DNA of 64,000 nucleotides from Ignavibacteria bacterium. GTDB lineage: Bacteria > Bacteroidota > Ignavibacteria > Kapaibacteriales > Kapaibacteriaceae. The notes beneath the pieces are model-generated. The model had not been told where the DNA came from and made no database searches. It saw only the letters and a program-made list of their open reading frames with translations. A program made the translations under genes and the position numbers. Of this stretch, positions 9,208-20,009 are shown piece after piece (position 1 is the first letter of the stretch; every line of letters starts with the position of its first letter). The stretch spans positions 4,269 through 68,268 of the forward strand of contig CANGZU010000001.1 in assembly GCA_947458785.1 (NCBI GenBank), given 5' to 3'.

Positions 9208-10068
9208 ATGAACGTCTACAACCTCTCCGAACACGGCACATATAATGTTCTGCTCACGGGCGACTCTGATTTTGTGACAGAGTTCGCTGGGCTTCTACAG
9301 GCAGCAGAGATTCAGTTCAGTATCGTTGCGCCAATGGATGATATTGAAGATCTCGACGTTGATTTTGACGTCATGCAAGATATCGCGAGTGATGCCGGAG
9401 CTGATCCGTATGATCAGTTCACAGACAGACTTATCTCCGATATCCACTCGCTTACTGCGAACTACACGCATATTGTTGATCTGTCCATCACGTCGCACCT
9501 CGACCGAAAACTTGCTCTCGAACTCGCATCTGCTATGAATCCGCGCGCTGCCGTGATTGTATCGGTCCTTACCAACACAGCCACAGATATCGGCAGCATC
9601 TCCAATACAGGCGATCGTATCGTTGGCATCGGTCTAGCACCTGGCGCAATGAAGGGTCTTACAACGATTGACATTTGCAAGGGGCTCAACACCCCCGACA
9701 CCTATTTGGCAAGTGCGCGTGAACTAATGCGGGCGATTGGCTTTGCAACAGAGGTGGTGGAAGACCGCGTAGCATTGGTCCAGATGCGCGTACTGGCAAT
9801 GTTGATCAACGAGGCGGCATTCGCTGTCATGGAGGGCCTAGCAGCTCCGGAAGACATCGACAAGGCCATGATGCTCGGTGTGAATTACCCGAAGGGGCTT
9901 CTTGCTTGGGCAGATGAAATCGGCATCGGTGTTGTAACGCTGATCCTTGATGGTCTTTACAGGGAGTATCAACAAGAACGCTATCGTCCGTGTGTGCAGC
10001 TCAAGCAGATGATGCGCGCCGGGTGGACAGGTAAATCTGCTGGACGCGGCTTCTACATTTACAACTAG
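9208..10068 (+). CDS. 3-hydroxyacyl-CoA dehydrogenase family protein with degenerate N-terminal domain
   Basis: C-terminal INEAAF, DIDKAMMLGVNYPKG, GKSAGRGFY; no GxGxxG or catalytic HFF motif. Confidence 0.75.
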   Translation: MNVYNLSEHGTYNVLLTGDSDFVTEFAGLLQAAEIQFSIVAPMDDIEDLDVDFDVMQDIASDAGADPYDQFTDRLISDIHSLTANYTHIVDLSITSHLDRKLALELASAMNPRAAVIVSVLTNTATDIGSISNTGDRIVGIGLAPGAMKGLTTIDICKGLNTPDTYLASARELMRAIGFATEVVEDRVALVQMRVLAMLINEAAFAVMEGLAAPEDIDKAMMLGVNYPKGLLAWADEIGIGVVTLILDGLYREYQQERYRPCVQLKQMMRAGWTGKSAGRGFYIYN

Positions 10069-10071
10069 GCC

Positions 10072-10782
10072 ATGGCGATCCGGGTCTTTCTCGACTTTGA
10101 TGGTACGATAAGCCAACGTGATGTCGGAGATGAGGTTGTGCGTCACTTCGGCGAGTTCGAGCCCCTTCATTCCGAGCTACTTACAGGTTCAATGTCGGTT
10201 GCCCAGTACTACCAGCGGGCCGTACAGAGCTTCTCTGATTTGGTTACCCCCGATGCACTTTTAGCATTTGCGCTTGAGCAGGAACTTGACGCCGGTGCGG
10301 GCACACTGCTGCGCTGGCTTCGATCGGTCGAGATCCCAACCTACATCGTAAGCGATGGCTTCGACATCTACATCCGCCCCCTGCTTCAGACAATTGAAGG
10401 TGGTGCAGAACTGCCAGTAGCATGTAATGTTCTTCGATGGGACGGATCAGTGTTCATGCCTGAGTTTCCGGGGGCTTCGGAATCGTGCTCGTGTTTCTGC
10501 GCGTCGTGCAAGCGCAATGCCGTGATCTCGCGTATTGCGATGGATGATATCGTGATCTACATCGGTGACGGACGCTCAGACACCTGCGCCGTGCAGTTTG
10601 CAGACATCGTCTTTGCCAAAGGAACTCTAGCGGCGTTTTGCACAGAGCAAGGAATTCCGTTCCATCACTATCGTAGTCTGTATGACGTGCTGATCATTCT
10701 GCAGAACCGACATCAACACAAGGACTTCAGGCCAAGACGTCAGGCCTTTCTCGCCCGTAAGCGGGCCATAGAGGCCGAGTGA
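10072..10782 (+). CDS. MtnX-like HAD-IB phosphatase
   Basis: DFDGT, VSDG, CASCK, IGDGRSD, VFAK. Confidence 0.85.
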   Translation: MAIRVFLDFDGTISQRDVGDEVVRHFGEFEPLHSELLTGSMSVAQYYQRAVQSFSDLVTPDALLAFALEQELDAGAGTLLRWLRSVEIPTYIVSDGFDIYIRPLLQTIEGGAELPVACNVLRWDGSVFMPEFPGASESCSCFCASCKRNAVISRIAMDDIVIYIGDGRSDTCAVQFADIVFAKGTLAAFCTEQGIPFHHYRSLYDVLIILQNRHQHKDFRPRRQAFLARKRAIEAE

Positions 10783-10840
10783 TTAAACCTCTACGGGTGG
10801 CTGACCGTCTCATGGCCCACACACAATCGAGAGGTTCATC

Positions 10841-11743
10841 ATGAAACATGCATTAGTTATCTGCGCTGCTCTGATCAGTCTTCATGCGGCAGCTATCGCA
10901 CAAGACAAGTCCACAAAGCGTGCTGAACGTCGTGCCGCGATGACAGAGCTTCGCTCTGATTTGCGCACATGGTTCGAACGTGAAGTCTACGCTACGGTAA
11001 AGTCTTGGCATGAGCAATATGACGCATCACTTCCGGCAGAGGACCTGCGCACTCTGCAGGGGCTTCGTCAGGAAGCCAAACGTCTTAAGGAGTCTGTTGC
11101 GAACGATCTACAAAACATGCGCGGTACATTCGAGCGGGGCAACCGTAGCGAGCTGCGCGATAAGATGTCAGATCTCCGCGAGAAACATCGCGATGCAGTA
11201 AAGGATGTGCTTGAGCGCCTCAAGCCAATCGCAAAGCGTTCGCGCACGAAGCTGCGTCAGCTCTTCGATGACAACGAAGACAAGATTGAATCATGGCGCG
11301 GTCAAGCAAGAGATATCGTAGGTGACTGGCGCGATGAGCATGAGGACCTTGATTTCAATGGCATGTTCGGTCGTGGTGGACAGCAGTTGCCACTCATGGG
11401 CGGTGATGGACGCAAGGCAGCAATTCGCTTTATCCTTTGGGATGGCACAATGCCCCCTGCCCCCCAAGCGGGCATCTTTACACCGCAACGCATGCCAATG
11501 TCGGTGTCTCCTGCGCCAAGTGGCAACGCGGCTACAGTGGATGTTGCTAATGTTCCCGATGGACAACATGCGCTCCAGGTGTTCGACATGAATGGTACGC
11601 TGGTGCGCACGGTCAACGTCACAGCGCAATCAGGAAAGGTCAACCACCGGTTCGACCTCTCCGGTCTCCCTGCTGGCACATACATGGTAAGCATCAACAC
11701 ACCTGCCGGAAGAAGCACAACCAACGTGGTCGTTACAAAGTAG
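10841..11743 (+). CDS. Secreted helical protein with T9SS-like C-terminal sorting domain
   Basis: Signal peptide, charged helical core, tail SVSPAPS..VFDMNG..DLSGLPAGTYMV..VVVTK. Confidence 0.75.
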   Translation: MKHALVICAALISLHAAAIAQDKSTKRAERRAAMTELRSDLRTWFEREVYATVKSWHEQYDASLPAEDLRTLQGLRQEAKRLKESVANDLQNMRGTFERGNRSELRDKMSDLREKHRDAVKDVLERLKPIAKRSRTKLRQLFDDNEDKIESWRGQARDIVGDWRDEHEDLDFNGMFGRGGQQLPLMGGDGRKAAIRFILWDGTMPPAPQAGIFTPQRMPMSVSPAPSGNAATVDVANVPDGQHALQVFDMNGTLVRTVNVTAQSGKVNHRFDLSGLPAGTYMVSINTPAGRSTTNVVVTK

Positions 11744-11770
11744 ATTTATATTCATCAATCACACGGTCGG

Positions 11771-11803
11771 GCCCCGTTCATCACTCGTTGAGCGGGGCTT
11801 GTT
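11771..11803 (+). terminator. Probable intrinsic terminator
   Basis: GCCCCGTTCA/TGAGCGGGGC stem then TTGTT, downstream of the ORF ending at 11743. Confidence 0.55.
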
Positions 11804-11826
11804 CGTATATCTGCCGTGGTACAATG

Positions 11827-11834
11827 TATATTTG
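11827..11834 (+). promoter_or_regulatory. Putative -7 promoter element TATATTTG
   Basis: Exact TAnnTTTG match upstream of ATG 11861. Confidence 0.55.
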
Positions 11835-11860
11835 CGTGTTCAAACACATATGAGCGCACT

Positions 11861-12418
11861 ATGAAACTGCTTGGTATATCCGGCTCACTGCGTGAGAGTT
11901 CCTACAATACAGGACTGCTCACGACAGCAAGTACACTGCTCCCTGCCGATGTCACATTGACAATCGCCTCGCTACGTGAGATTCCGTTATACGATGGTGA
12001 TATCGACAATGAACCGCAACCATCTGCGGTAGTATTGCTGAAAGAGCAGATCGCTCAAGCAGACGGCGTAATCATCGCAACACCAGAATACAACTACTCG
12101 TACTCCGGTGTTTTGAAGAACGCAATCGACTGGGCCTCTCGTGGCGCTACACGCCCCTTCACAGACAAGCCCGTTGCCGTCATCGGTGCCAGCCCCGGAA
12201 ACTTTGGTGCTGTGCGCGCTCAGACAGATCTACGCAGATTGATGTCGGCCGTGAGCGGTGCTGTGCTTCCGCGCCCCGAACTCCTTGTGAGCAATGTTCA
12301 CAACAAAATCAACGAAGAAGGCATCATCACGGATGAAGCCACACTGAAGGTTTACAGAACGCTACTGACAAATTTCATTGAGTACATCAACCACAGCAAT
12401 CTAAAGCGGGGCTCATGA
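11861..12418 (+). CDS. NADPH-dependent FMN reductase (ChrR/SsuE-like)
   Basis: GISGSLRESSYN, TPEYNYSYSGVLKNAIDW. Confidence 0.9.
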   Translation: MKLLGISGSLRESSYNTGLLTTASTLLPADVTLTIASLREIPLYDGDIDNEPQPSAVVLLKEQIAQADGVIIATPEYNYSYSGVLKNAIDWASRGATRPFTDKPVAVIGASPGNFGAVRAQTDLRRLMSAVSGAVLPRPELLVSNVHNKINEEGIITDEATLKVYRTLLTNFIEYINHSNLKRGS

Positions 12419-13137
12419 TGAATGCCATTCACTACCCTGCGAACGATCGCGGACATGGCAACTTTGGGTGGCTTAACACGTATCACACGTTCAGCTTTGG
12501 GCAATACTACGATCCGTCGCGAATGAACTTTGGTGCACTTCGTGTCTTCAATGACGATACCGTTGCTGCCGGTGAAGGCTTTGGAACGCATCCTCACAAG
12601 AACATGGAGATCATCTCAATCCCGCTTGAAGGGGTGATCATGCACCAGGATTCGATGGGACACAAAGAAGGAATTGCAGCAGGCGATGTGCAGGTGATGA
12701 CTGCTGGTAGTGGAATCACCCATTCAGAATACAATGGTTCGCCGACCGACACATTGAAGTTCTTTCAGATCTGGATCATTCCAAACAAGGCCAATGTAGT
12801 ACCTCGATATGATCAGGTAACGGTAGGCCCAGTTGCCGCAAATACGATAACAACCGTCGTTGGTCCGGAGAACGCCGGAACACCCCTATGGATCCACCAA
12901 GAGGCGTGGCTTAGTATGGCACATGTTACGGGCGATACGGGCATAGAGTACACACGAAAAGGCACAGATACCGGCATCTTCACCTATGTCGTACATGGCA
13001 CGCTTGATGTTGCTGCAGATGATGCATCTATCACGCTTGGCAGTCGCGATGGTCTCGGCGTGATCGATGAGCAAAAGCTCACGTTCACCTCGAACTCGGC
13101 GTCTCAGTTTATCATCATCGAAGTTCCTCTGACATAA
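12415..13137 (+). CDS. Pirin family protein (YhhW-like)
   Basis: HTFSF, GFGTHPHKNMEI, MTAGSGITHSE, FQIWI. Confidence 0.92.
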   Translation: MMNAIHYPANDRGHGNFGWLNTYHTFSFGQYYDPSRMNFGALRVFNDDTVAAGEGFGTHPHKNMEIISIPLEGVIMHQDSMGHKEGIAAGDVQVMTAGSGITHSEYNGSPTDTLKFFQIWIIPNKANVVPRYDQVTVGPVAANTITTVVGPENAGTPLWIHQEAWLSMAHVTGDTGIEYTRKGTDTGIFTYVVHGTLDVAADDASITLGSRDGLGVIDEQKLTFTSNSASQFIIIEVPLT

Positions 13138-15842
13138 CGCCAACGAAGGGACTTTTCAATTGCCACGGCAACATAGGCTATCACACCGCATGAGATGATG
13201 ATGGCCCACATAAGGGGCGGCAGGGCTTCTGTTCGAAACATGACATTCATGACGGGAACGTACGTAAACAGAACCTGTAGAGTTACCATCAACACCACGC
13301 CATAGACAATAGTCATGTTTGACGTTATCGGCGCTGCAGAGGGCGACACGAGTGTTCGGCAATTGAAGAGATAAAAAATCTCGATCATCACAAAGGTGTT
13401 CGACGCTGCGGTTCGTGCAACCTCGATCGTGTATCCGGCATGCTGGGCATAGAGGAATACACCATAACCCGCTGTCACGAGAAGTACTGTCACAAGCAAC
13501 GTTCGCATAAGCAAATCCCTTGTAAAAAGGGGCTCGCCAGTTCGCCGCGGCGGCTGACGCATGATATCGGCAGGGGCGGCCTCAAATGCCAACGGGAGTC
13601 CCAGGATAACGGCAGTGGTCATGTTGATCCAGAGAATCTGTACAGGTTCTATCGGTAACGCAGAGCCAGCAGCTACAGCTAAGACAATGATCAATCCTTC
13701 GGCGGCATTTGTTGGGATGGTCCACAGAATGAACTTCAGGAGATTCTCGTAGACAGTGCGTCCCTCTTCAACAGCCGAGACGATCGTTGAGAAATTGTCA
13801 TCCGTTAAGACCATAGGTGCTGCTTCCTTTGCAACATCCGTTCCCGAGCGCCCCATGGCCACGCCAATATCTGCAGCACGAAGCGCTGGCGCGTCGTTCA
13901 CCCCATCACCAGTCATCGCCACAACATGCCCCCTGCGCTGCAATGCAGTAACAAGGCGCAGCTTTTGTTCCGGCGAAACGCGGGCAAACACGCTAACGCG
14001 CCGGGCGTGTTCTTCCAAATCCTGGTCGTTCATGACAGCCAACTGTGCACCGGTGCGAACGTACAGTTCTGGATGCAGTGACTCAGTGATGATTCCCAGT
14101 TCGCGTGCTATAGCAACAGCTGTTGAAGCATGGTCACCGGTAATCATCTTGACGTCGATGCCAGCTTGACGACACTCGGCGATAGAGGCACGTACCTCGG
14201 CACGCGGAGGATCAACCATTCCAACAATTCCACAGAACGCAAGATCTGATGCGATCGTGCGCAGCTCCAGCGTTTCGGGTACGGTATCCTGATACCTGGT
14301 TGCACACGCCAAGACACGATGGCCACGCGCGCCCATCATCTCGGCCTCTGCATGAAACCGGGACGTATCAACTGCTCTGTGTGATCCATCCGGCTGAAGC
14401 TGCGAAGAACAACGAGGCAACAAAGCCTCTAAACTCCCCTTGACAAAGATGCGGGCACCGCCATGTTCAAGACGATGCAACGTTGCCATGAGGCGGTAGT
14501 CACTGGAGAACGGCAATACATCTACCAATGGCATGAGTTCATGTTCAACAGCCCGATGCACATCGGCTTTCATGCCGAGCACCACGAGGGCCGCTTCAGT
14601 TGGATCTCCGACGGACTGCCACCTGCCCCCTTCCTGATGAACGATGGCAGTTGAGCAGAGAACTCCTGTGCGGATTGTCTCGAGCAGGGCAATGTCCTGC
14701 CCAATGTGTATGGGGTACTCTGCACCCGATGAGTCATTGGCGCGTAGGATTCGGCCATCAGGTTCATAGCCCGTGCCTTCCACATCATACTCGTGCCCAG
14801 CTGTCGCGATCTTAACAACAGTCATTTGATTTTCGGTCAATGTTCCAGTTTTATCGGAACAGATCACCGTAGTCGACCCCAACGTCTCGACAGCCGGCAG
14901 CTTTCGAATAATGGCCCTACGCTTCGCCATACGGTTAACGCCGATGGCCAGGATGATTGTAACTGCTGCTGGCAGGCCCTCTGGAACAGCGCCAACGCTC
15001 AGCGCTACGGAAACGATGAGCATCTCTACGACCGAACTACCACGCAGAACGCCAACGATGAATGTAACAGCCGCAAGCCCTATAATGGCGTAGAGAAGCA
15101 TTGAACTAAACTTCTCGATCTGGCGCGTAAGTGGTGTCTGCAGCTGAGGAGCGGTGTCGAGTAGTGCCGAGATCGTCCCTACCTCTGTTGAAGTGCCAGT
15201 TGCCACGACGATCCCCGTTGCCGAACCGCGCACGACCACTGTTGAGGCGTATGCCATGTTTGATCGGTCCGCCACTTGCGTGGACTCATCCAATACCCCA
15301 GTGTGCTTCTCTGCAGGAAGCGATTCACCGGTAAGAACAGCTTCAGCAATGGCAACATCCTTGACCCAGAGAAGCCGTAGGTCCGCAGGTACTTTGTCCC
15401 CAGCCTCAAGGAGAACAATATCACCTGGAACAAGCTCGGGCATGGCGATCCGCATTCGCGTGCAGGAACGCACCACTGTGGTCTCGCCTTCGATGTTGGC
15501 CGCAAGGGATGCAAGAGCAGCAATTGCCTTGCCTTCTTGCAGAAATCCGATGATGGCATTTAGGAGGACAACACTGAATATGACAATTGCGTCTGCTATC
15601 CCGCTAACTACTACCGTGACGCAGCCGGCAAGGATCAAGATATAGACAAGTGGAGCATTGAGCTGACGTGCAAAGCGCCTCACGGGGTGCTCGATTGAAC
15701 CCTGCGGCAGGGAGTTCAGACCGTATGCTCGCCGTCGAATCGAGGCCTCCTGTTCAGTTAGCCCTTCTGTTGTTGATGATTCAAGTACTCGAAGAACATC
15801 ATCAATATGTTTAGCATGCCATATCGGATGCTCTATGATCAC
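13104..15842 (-). CDS. Cation-transporting P-type ATPase (type IIA, Ca2+-like)
   Basis: [39 protein letters not shown]. Confidence 0.93.
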   Translation of the reverse strand: MIIEHPIWHAKHIDDVLRVLESSTTEGLTEQEASIRRRAYGLNSLPQGSIEHPVRRFARQLNAPLVYILILAGCVTVVVSGIADAIVIFSVVLLNAIIGFLQEGKAIAALASLAANIEGETTVVRSCTRMRIAMPELVPGDIVLLEAGDKVPADLRLLWVKDVAIAEAVLTGESLPAEKHTGVLDESTQVADRSNMAYASTVVVRGSATGIVVATGTSTEVGTISALLDTAPQLQTPLTRQIEKFSSMLLYAIIGLAAVTFIVGVLRGSSVVEMLIVSVALSVGAVPEGLPAAVTIILAIGVNRMAKRRAIIRKLPAVETLGSTTVICSDKTGTLTENQMTVVKIATAGHEYDVEGTGYEPDGRILRANDSSGAEYPIHIGQDIALLETIRTGVLCSTAIVHQEGGRWQSVGDPTEAALVVLGMKADVHRAVEHELMPLVDVLPFSSDYRLMATLHRLEHGGARIFVKGSLEALLPRCSSQLQPDGSHRAVDTSRFHAEAEMMGARGHRVLACATRYQDTVPETLELRTIASDLAFCGIVGMVDPPRAEVRASIAECRQAGIDVKMITGDHASTAVAIARELGIITESLHPELYVRTGAQLAVMNDQDLEEHARRVSVFARVSPEQKLRLVTALQRRGHVVAMTGDGVNDAPALRAADIGVAMGRSGTDVAKEAAPMVLTDDNFSTIVSAVEEGRTVYENLLKFILWTIPTNAAEGLIIVLAVAAGSALPIEPVQILWINMTTAVILGLPLAFEAAPADIMRQPPRRTGEPLFTRDLLMRTLLVTVLLVTAGYGVFLYAQHAGYTIEVARTAASNTFVMIEIFYLFNCRTLVSPSAAPITSNMTIVYGVVLMVTLQVLFTYVPVMNVMFRTEALPPLMWAIIISCGVIAYVAVAIEKSLRWRYVRGTSMMIN

Positions 15843-17374
15843 TCCATCATGCCTGCCGGAATTGCTTGAACGATAGCCCCTTGAACAACGAGTTTGTGCA
15901 CTGCATCCATGTCATGATAGAGAACACGATCGGCTTCGGCAAATGGAACTACCGTGCGGACAAGTCCTACGATACGCTCCAGTGTCGAACTGCTTACAAG
16001 CGGCCGTAACAAATCGATGCCCTGGCAAGCACAGAGTATCTCGATACTCAGTACACGTTCAACATTCGCTAAAACATTCCAAAGTTTACGTCCGGCAATA
16101 CTGCCCATCGAATTGTGGTCTTCCTGGTTCGCTGAAGTCGGAATGCTGTCAACACTTGCAGGGTGAGCAAGTACCTTGTTCTCGCTAACCAACGCAGCGG
16201 CCGTGTATTGCGCAATCATCATACCCGAGTGAAGTCCTCCGTTCGGAGTCAGAAATCGAGGCAATCCACCCAGTGCGTGATTCACCATGCGTTCAGTACG
16301 GCGCTCAGAAATGTTGGCCAGCTCCGACAGAGCGATTGCCAGATAGTCGAGAATCAAGGCAAGGGGCTGACCATGGAAATTACCCCCTTGTACGTGATCA
16401 TCATCTTCGGCAAAGATGAGTGGGTTGTCTGTTGCACTGTTCATCTCTCGCTCGACCACCTCTGTGGCAAACGTGATCGTATCGCGCGAAGCACCATGAA
16501 CTTGCGGCATGCAGCGCAGACTGTAGGCATCCTGGACCTTTCCGTCGCCATCACGATGCGATTCACGAATCTGACTGCCCGAGAGTAACGTCCGCAGATT
16601 CTTGGCAACTCTGAGCTGCCCAGGATGTGGACGCGTCATGTGCAGGCGCTCATCAAAGGCTGCATCGGTTCCACGAAGGGCATCAAGTGAAAGCGCTCCA
16701 GCGATATCAGACGTCTTCATGATGTTGCGCGCACGATGCAATGCCAGTGCCGCATACGAGCACATCATCTGCGTACCGTTGATGAGTGCCAAACCTTCCT
16801 TGGCGGCAAGGCGCACGAGCTCGATGCCGTGACGTCTCAAGACATCAGTACTTGGTACGCGCTGTCCGTTAACAATACACTCGCCCCTTCCAATCATACA
16901 TAGGGCAAGATGCGATAAGGGGGCAAGGTCACCGCTTGAACCAACAGACCCCTGAGATGGGATCGCAGGTATAATGTCTGCGTTGATCATGGCAACAAGT
17001 GTATCGACTGTTGACTCACGAATGCCGGAGAATCCCTTGACGAGTGCATTGACGCGCAGAATCATCATCGAGCGAACGATCTCATGCGGAAGCAGATCTC
17101 CAACGCCCGTGCTGTGAGAGATGATGAGGTTTTCTTGCAAAGCTTCGATGTCGCTCTGCGCGATATTCACGTTAGCAAACTCACCAAAGCCCGTTGTCAT
17201 TCCGTAGACTACACGACCTTCCGAGATCCAACGTTCTACCGCTTCACGTGATGCACGAACCCGCTCGCGCGCTGAAGGACTGATCTCAACGCGAGCGTTC
17301 GTATCGTAGACAACGTGAGCGAGTTCATCGATTGTGAGCGACTCGCCATCAAGAATCAGCGTTCGGTGCTGCAT
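15839..17374 (-). CDS. hutH: Histidine ammonia-lyase
   Basis: VYGMTTGFG, LIISH specificity motif, GSSGDLAPL, KEGLALINGT, QDAYSLRC, GGNFHG, NQEDH. Confidence 0.93.
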   Translation of the reverse strand: MQHRTLILDGESLTIDELAHVVYDTNARVEISPSARERVRASREAVERWISEGRVVYGMTTGFGEFANVNIAQSDIEALQENLIISHSTGVGDLLPHEIVRSMMILRVNALVKGFSGIRESTVDTLVAMINADIIPAIPSQGSVGSSGDLAPLSHLALCMIGRGECIVNGQRVPSTDVLRRHGIELVRLAAKEGLALINGTQMMCSYAALALHRARNIMKTSDIAGALSLDALRGTDAAFDERLHMTRPHPGQLRVAKNLRTLLSGSQIRESHRDGDGKVQDAYSLRCMPQVHGASRDTITFATEVVEREMNSATDNPLIFAEDDDHVQGGNFHGQPLALILDYLAIALSELANISERRTERMVNHALGGLPRFLTPNGGLHSGMMIAQYTAAALVSENKVLAHPASVDSIPTSANQEDHNSMGSIAGRKLWNVLANVERVLSIEILCACQGIDLLRPLVSSSTLERIVGLVRTVVPFAEADRVLYHDMDAVHKLVVQGAIVQAIPAGMME

Positions 17375-18312
17375 TACTTTCCAGATCCCTTACCAATGAA
17401 CGAACTCCAAGCATACTCCGTAGGCACCTTGCGTCCTTCAAGGGCAAGATCGATGAGATATGTGGCTGTGGTTTTGAGTACCCATTCGAAGTTGTCTTCC
17501 TGCACCGATGTGCGCTCAGCATCAGGGGCAGGGTTCATGTAATCGATCGCATATGGGATGCCGTCACGAACTGCGAACTCGATCGTGTTAAAGTCGTAGC
17601 TCAACATTGTACAGATCTGAATGCACAACTCTTCGAGTCGCTCGAGCATCTCTGGCGACGGGGCAAACCCAGCCTGATAGCGAAGATGATGGGGGTTACG
17701 GGGCTCATACGGCATGATGCGCACATACTTCTTACCGATGCAGTAACACCGGTAGTACTCCGTAAACTCGATGCCTTCCTGCAGCGTCATGACGATATCT
17801 TCTGTTTCGGCATAGGCCTCAAAGAACTGATCAACGGTGTCGACCTTGTAGACGTGCTTCCAGCCCCCTCCATCAAATGGCTTGAGGTAGGCAGGGAACC
17901 CCACGTCATCAAACAGCTCCTGCCAGTTGAGCGGGTACTGAAGGTTCCGGAAGGAGTCGGCTGTTGTGTCGGGCGGATGGTTCTTGCTTGGAAGCAGCAC
18001 GGTCTTTGGTACCGGAATGCCAACACGATGAGCAAGAGCGTAGTTGAAGAACTTGTCGTCTGCTGACCACCAGAACGGATTATTCACAACACGCACTCCC
18101 TTGAGGGCGGCGAGCTTCAGCATAGCTCGGTAATACGGCACGTCCTGAGAGATACGATCAAGGATGACATCGTACTCGAACAATGTATCCAGACCCACCC
18201 CGCCAATCTTCATAAATTCTGCAGAGACACCGGCATCACGACTATTGATCTCCTGCACAAGAGCCGGGGGAAAGGACTGTTCCATCCCGAAGAGTAAACC
18301 GATCTTCTTCAT
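17374..18312 (-). CDS. ATP-grasp amidoligase (RimK/glutathione synthase-like)
   Basis: NNPFWWSADDK, LKPFDGGGWKHV, LQEGI, AIDYMNPAPD. Confidence 0.8.
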   Translation of the reverse strand: MKKIGLLFGMEQSFPPALVQEINSRDAGVSAEFMKIGGVGLDTLFEYDVILDRISQDVPYYRAMLKLAALKGVRVVNNPFWWSADDKFFNYALAHRVGIPVPKTVLLPSKNHPPDTTADSFRNLQYPLNWQELFDDVGFPAYLKPFDGGGWKHVYKVDTVDQFFEAYAETEDIVMTLQEGIEFTEYYRCYCIGKKYVRIMPYEPRNPHHLRYQAGFAPSPEMLERLEELCIQICTMLSYDFNTIEFAVRDGIPYAIDYMNPAPDAERTSVQEDNFEWVLKTTATYLIDLALEGRKVPTEYAWSSFIGKGSGK

Positions 18313-18339
18313 ACGAGTGCCTTTGTAATCATTGTTGTG

Positions 18340-19125
18340 TCAAATGTCTGTGGTTGCATGCATTTCGAACCCTCGCTCTGCGCTGAATGTGCCATAGGTA
18401 GCGGGCCGAGCGAGCCAGTGGCCGAGATTGATGTACCATCCATCCCGATGAGCAGTTGTCTCGGCCTTGTGGCGATGGCCCATGACCACGTAATCGAAGC
18501 CTTCATTGATCTTGCCGAGGGCAAAATCGCGAAGACCATCGCTCGTTCCATAGTCCTTGTGTCCAGTGTAGTCACGGCTTCCATGCGACGTGGCTGAAGC
18601 AAGTCCGATGCCCACATTCGGATGGAGCAGCCTATAGAACCACTGGGCTATTCGACTGCGCAGGACTGAACGCAGGATGAGATAGCCCGTATCGTTATGG
18701 GCCTTTCCGTCGCCATGAGCAATGTAGAATCGCTTACCATTGATTACTGCCTCGACATCTCCGCCGAGAACCTCAATGTCGAGCTCCTTATGGAAATACG
18801 TATCGTGACCGAAATCATGATTCCCCATCAGATACGTAACAGGTATCCCCTGATCTCTGAATCTGCCTAGGCAGGCAAGGGTTCGCACGTGATCGCGGGG
18901 AATGACCCGGGAGTAGTCAAACCAGAGGTCGAACAGATCGCCAACAATGAACAGGTGGCCACACGTCGGGAGAGCCCCCTCGAGAACTTTGAGCAGGTCG
19001 GACTCGCGCTGCCGGTCCTGATCGCGGGTGCCGTAGCCCAGATGTACGTCGGAAATGAACAGAGCATTTCGACCGGGCTGGAGGTCTACCGAGAGAGCAG
19101 TACGTGAAACAACTGGGTCGAACAT
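18340..19125 (-). CDS. lpxH: UDP-2,3-diacylglucosamine diphosphatase (LpxH-like metallophosphoesterase)
   Basis: SDVHLG, GDLFDLW, GNHD, HGD, GHRH; start codon uncertain (MFDPV chosen). Confidence 0.8.
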   Translation of the reverse strand: MFDPVVSRTALSVDLQPGRNALFISDVHLGYGTRDQDRQRESDLLKVLEGALPTCGHLFIVGDLFDLWFDYSRVIPRDHVRTLACLGRFRDQGIPVTYLMGNHDFGHDTYFHKELDIEVLGGDVEAVINGKRFYIAHGDGKAHNDTGYLILRSVLRSRIAQWFYRLLHPNVGIGLASATSHGSRDYTGHKDYGTSDGLRDFALGKINEGFDYVVMGHRHKAETTAHRDGWYINLGHWLARPATYGTFSAERGFEMHATTDI

Positions 19126-19160
19126 AACGATAAGATAACGCCCAGAAGGCCTGCGACGGC

Positions 19161-19168
19161 TATCTTTG
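19161..19168 (+). promoter_or_regulatory. Putative -7 promoter element TATCTTTG
   Basis: Exact TAnnTTTG match 22 nt before panB. Confidence 0.55.
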
Positions 19169-19190
19169 TGCCGAATCACGAAGTGTTATC

Positions 19191-20009
19191 ATGTCAGTTG
19201 TACCCAATACCCGCAAACGCGTAACAACCCGCAGGCTGATTGAAATGAAGTCTGCAGGGAAACCCATCGCATGCCTTACCGCATACGATGCTATCTCGGC
19301 CGCTATCCTTGATGCCTCTGGCGTCGAAGTGCTGCTGGTAGGTGACTCTGTAGGGAACGTGATTCAGGGACACGACACGACTATTCCCGTAACGCTCGAG
19401 CACATGATCTACCACACCCAAGCTGTGGTAAGAGCAGTCAGCCGTGCACTGGTGGTTACTGATATGCCCTTTATGAGTTATCAGGTATCGCCGCAGGAAG
19501 CCTTTCGGAATGCCGGGCGTCTGATGAAGGAAGCTGGCTCCGGGGCGGTCAAGCTCGAGGGTGGCCAGCGGGTCGTGGATTCGGTCAGGCTCATGACGGA
19601 AAACGGAATTCCTGTTATGGGGCACTTGGGGCTTACACCCCAGAGTATTCATCAGTTTGGGTCCTACAAGGAAAGGGGCTCTACCCCGGAAGAAGCAGAG
19701 ATCATGAAGCGTGACGCCCTGGCACTGCAAGAGGCAGGCGCATTTGCGATCGTTCTCGAGAAGATCCCAGCAACTCTGGCAGCGGAGATCACAAGCCTGC
19801 TTTCGATTCCTACAATAGGCATCGGAGCTGGGCCCGCATGTGACGGACAGATCCTTGTCTGGACAGATATGATGGGGATGTCCACGGAATTCAATCCTCG
19901 GTTCGTGCGGCGGTATGCTGATCTGCACACCGTTATGATCGAAGCAGCCTCACAGTACGTTCGCGACGTCAAAGAGCGTTCGTTCCCCTCAGACGAGGAA
20001 AGCTACTGA
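19191..20009 (+). CDS. panB: 3-methyl-2-oxobutanoate hydroxymethyltransferase
   Basis: [37 protein letters not shown]. Confidence 0.97.
   Translation: MSVVPNTRKRVTTRRLIEMKSAGKPIACLTAYDAISAAILDASGVEVLLVGDSVGNVIQGHDTTIPVTLEHMIYHTQAVVRAVSRALVVTDMPFMSYQVSPQEAFRNAGRLMKEAGSGAVKLEGGQRVVDSVRLMTENGIPVMGHLGLTPQSIHQFGSYKERGSTPEEAEIMKRDALALQEAGAFAIVLEKIPATLAAEITSLLSIPTIGIGAGPACDGQILVWTDMMGMSTEFNPRFVRRYADLHTVMIEAASQYVRDVKERSFPSDEESY

Noticed and set aside
13104..13137. 34-bp convergent overlap of pirin and P-type ATPase as antisense regulation
   Set aside because: Short tail-to-tail overlaps occur repeatedly in this compact window; no further support
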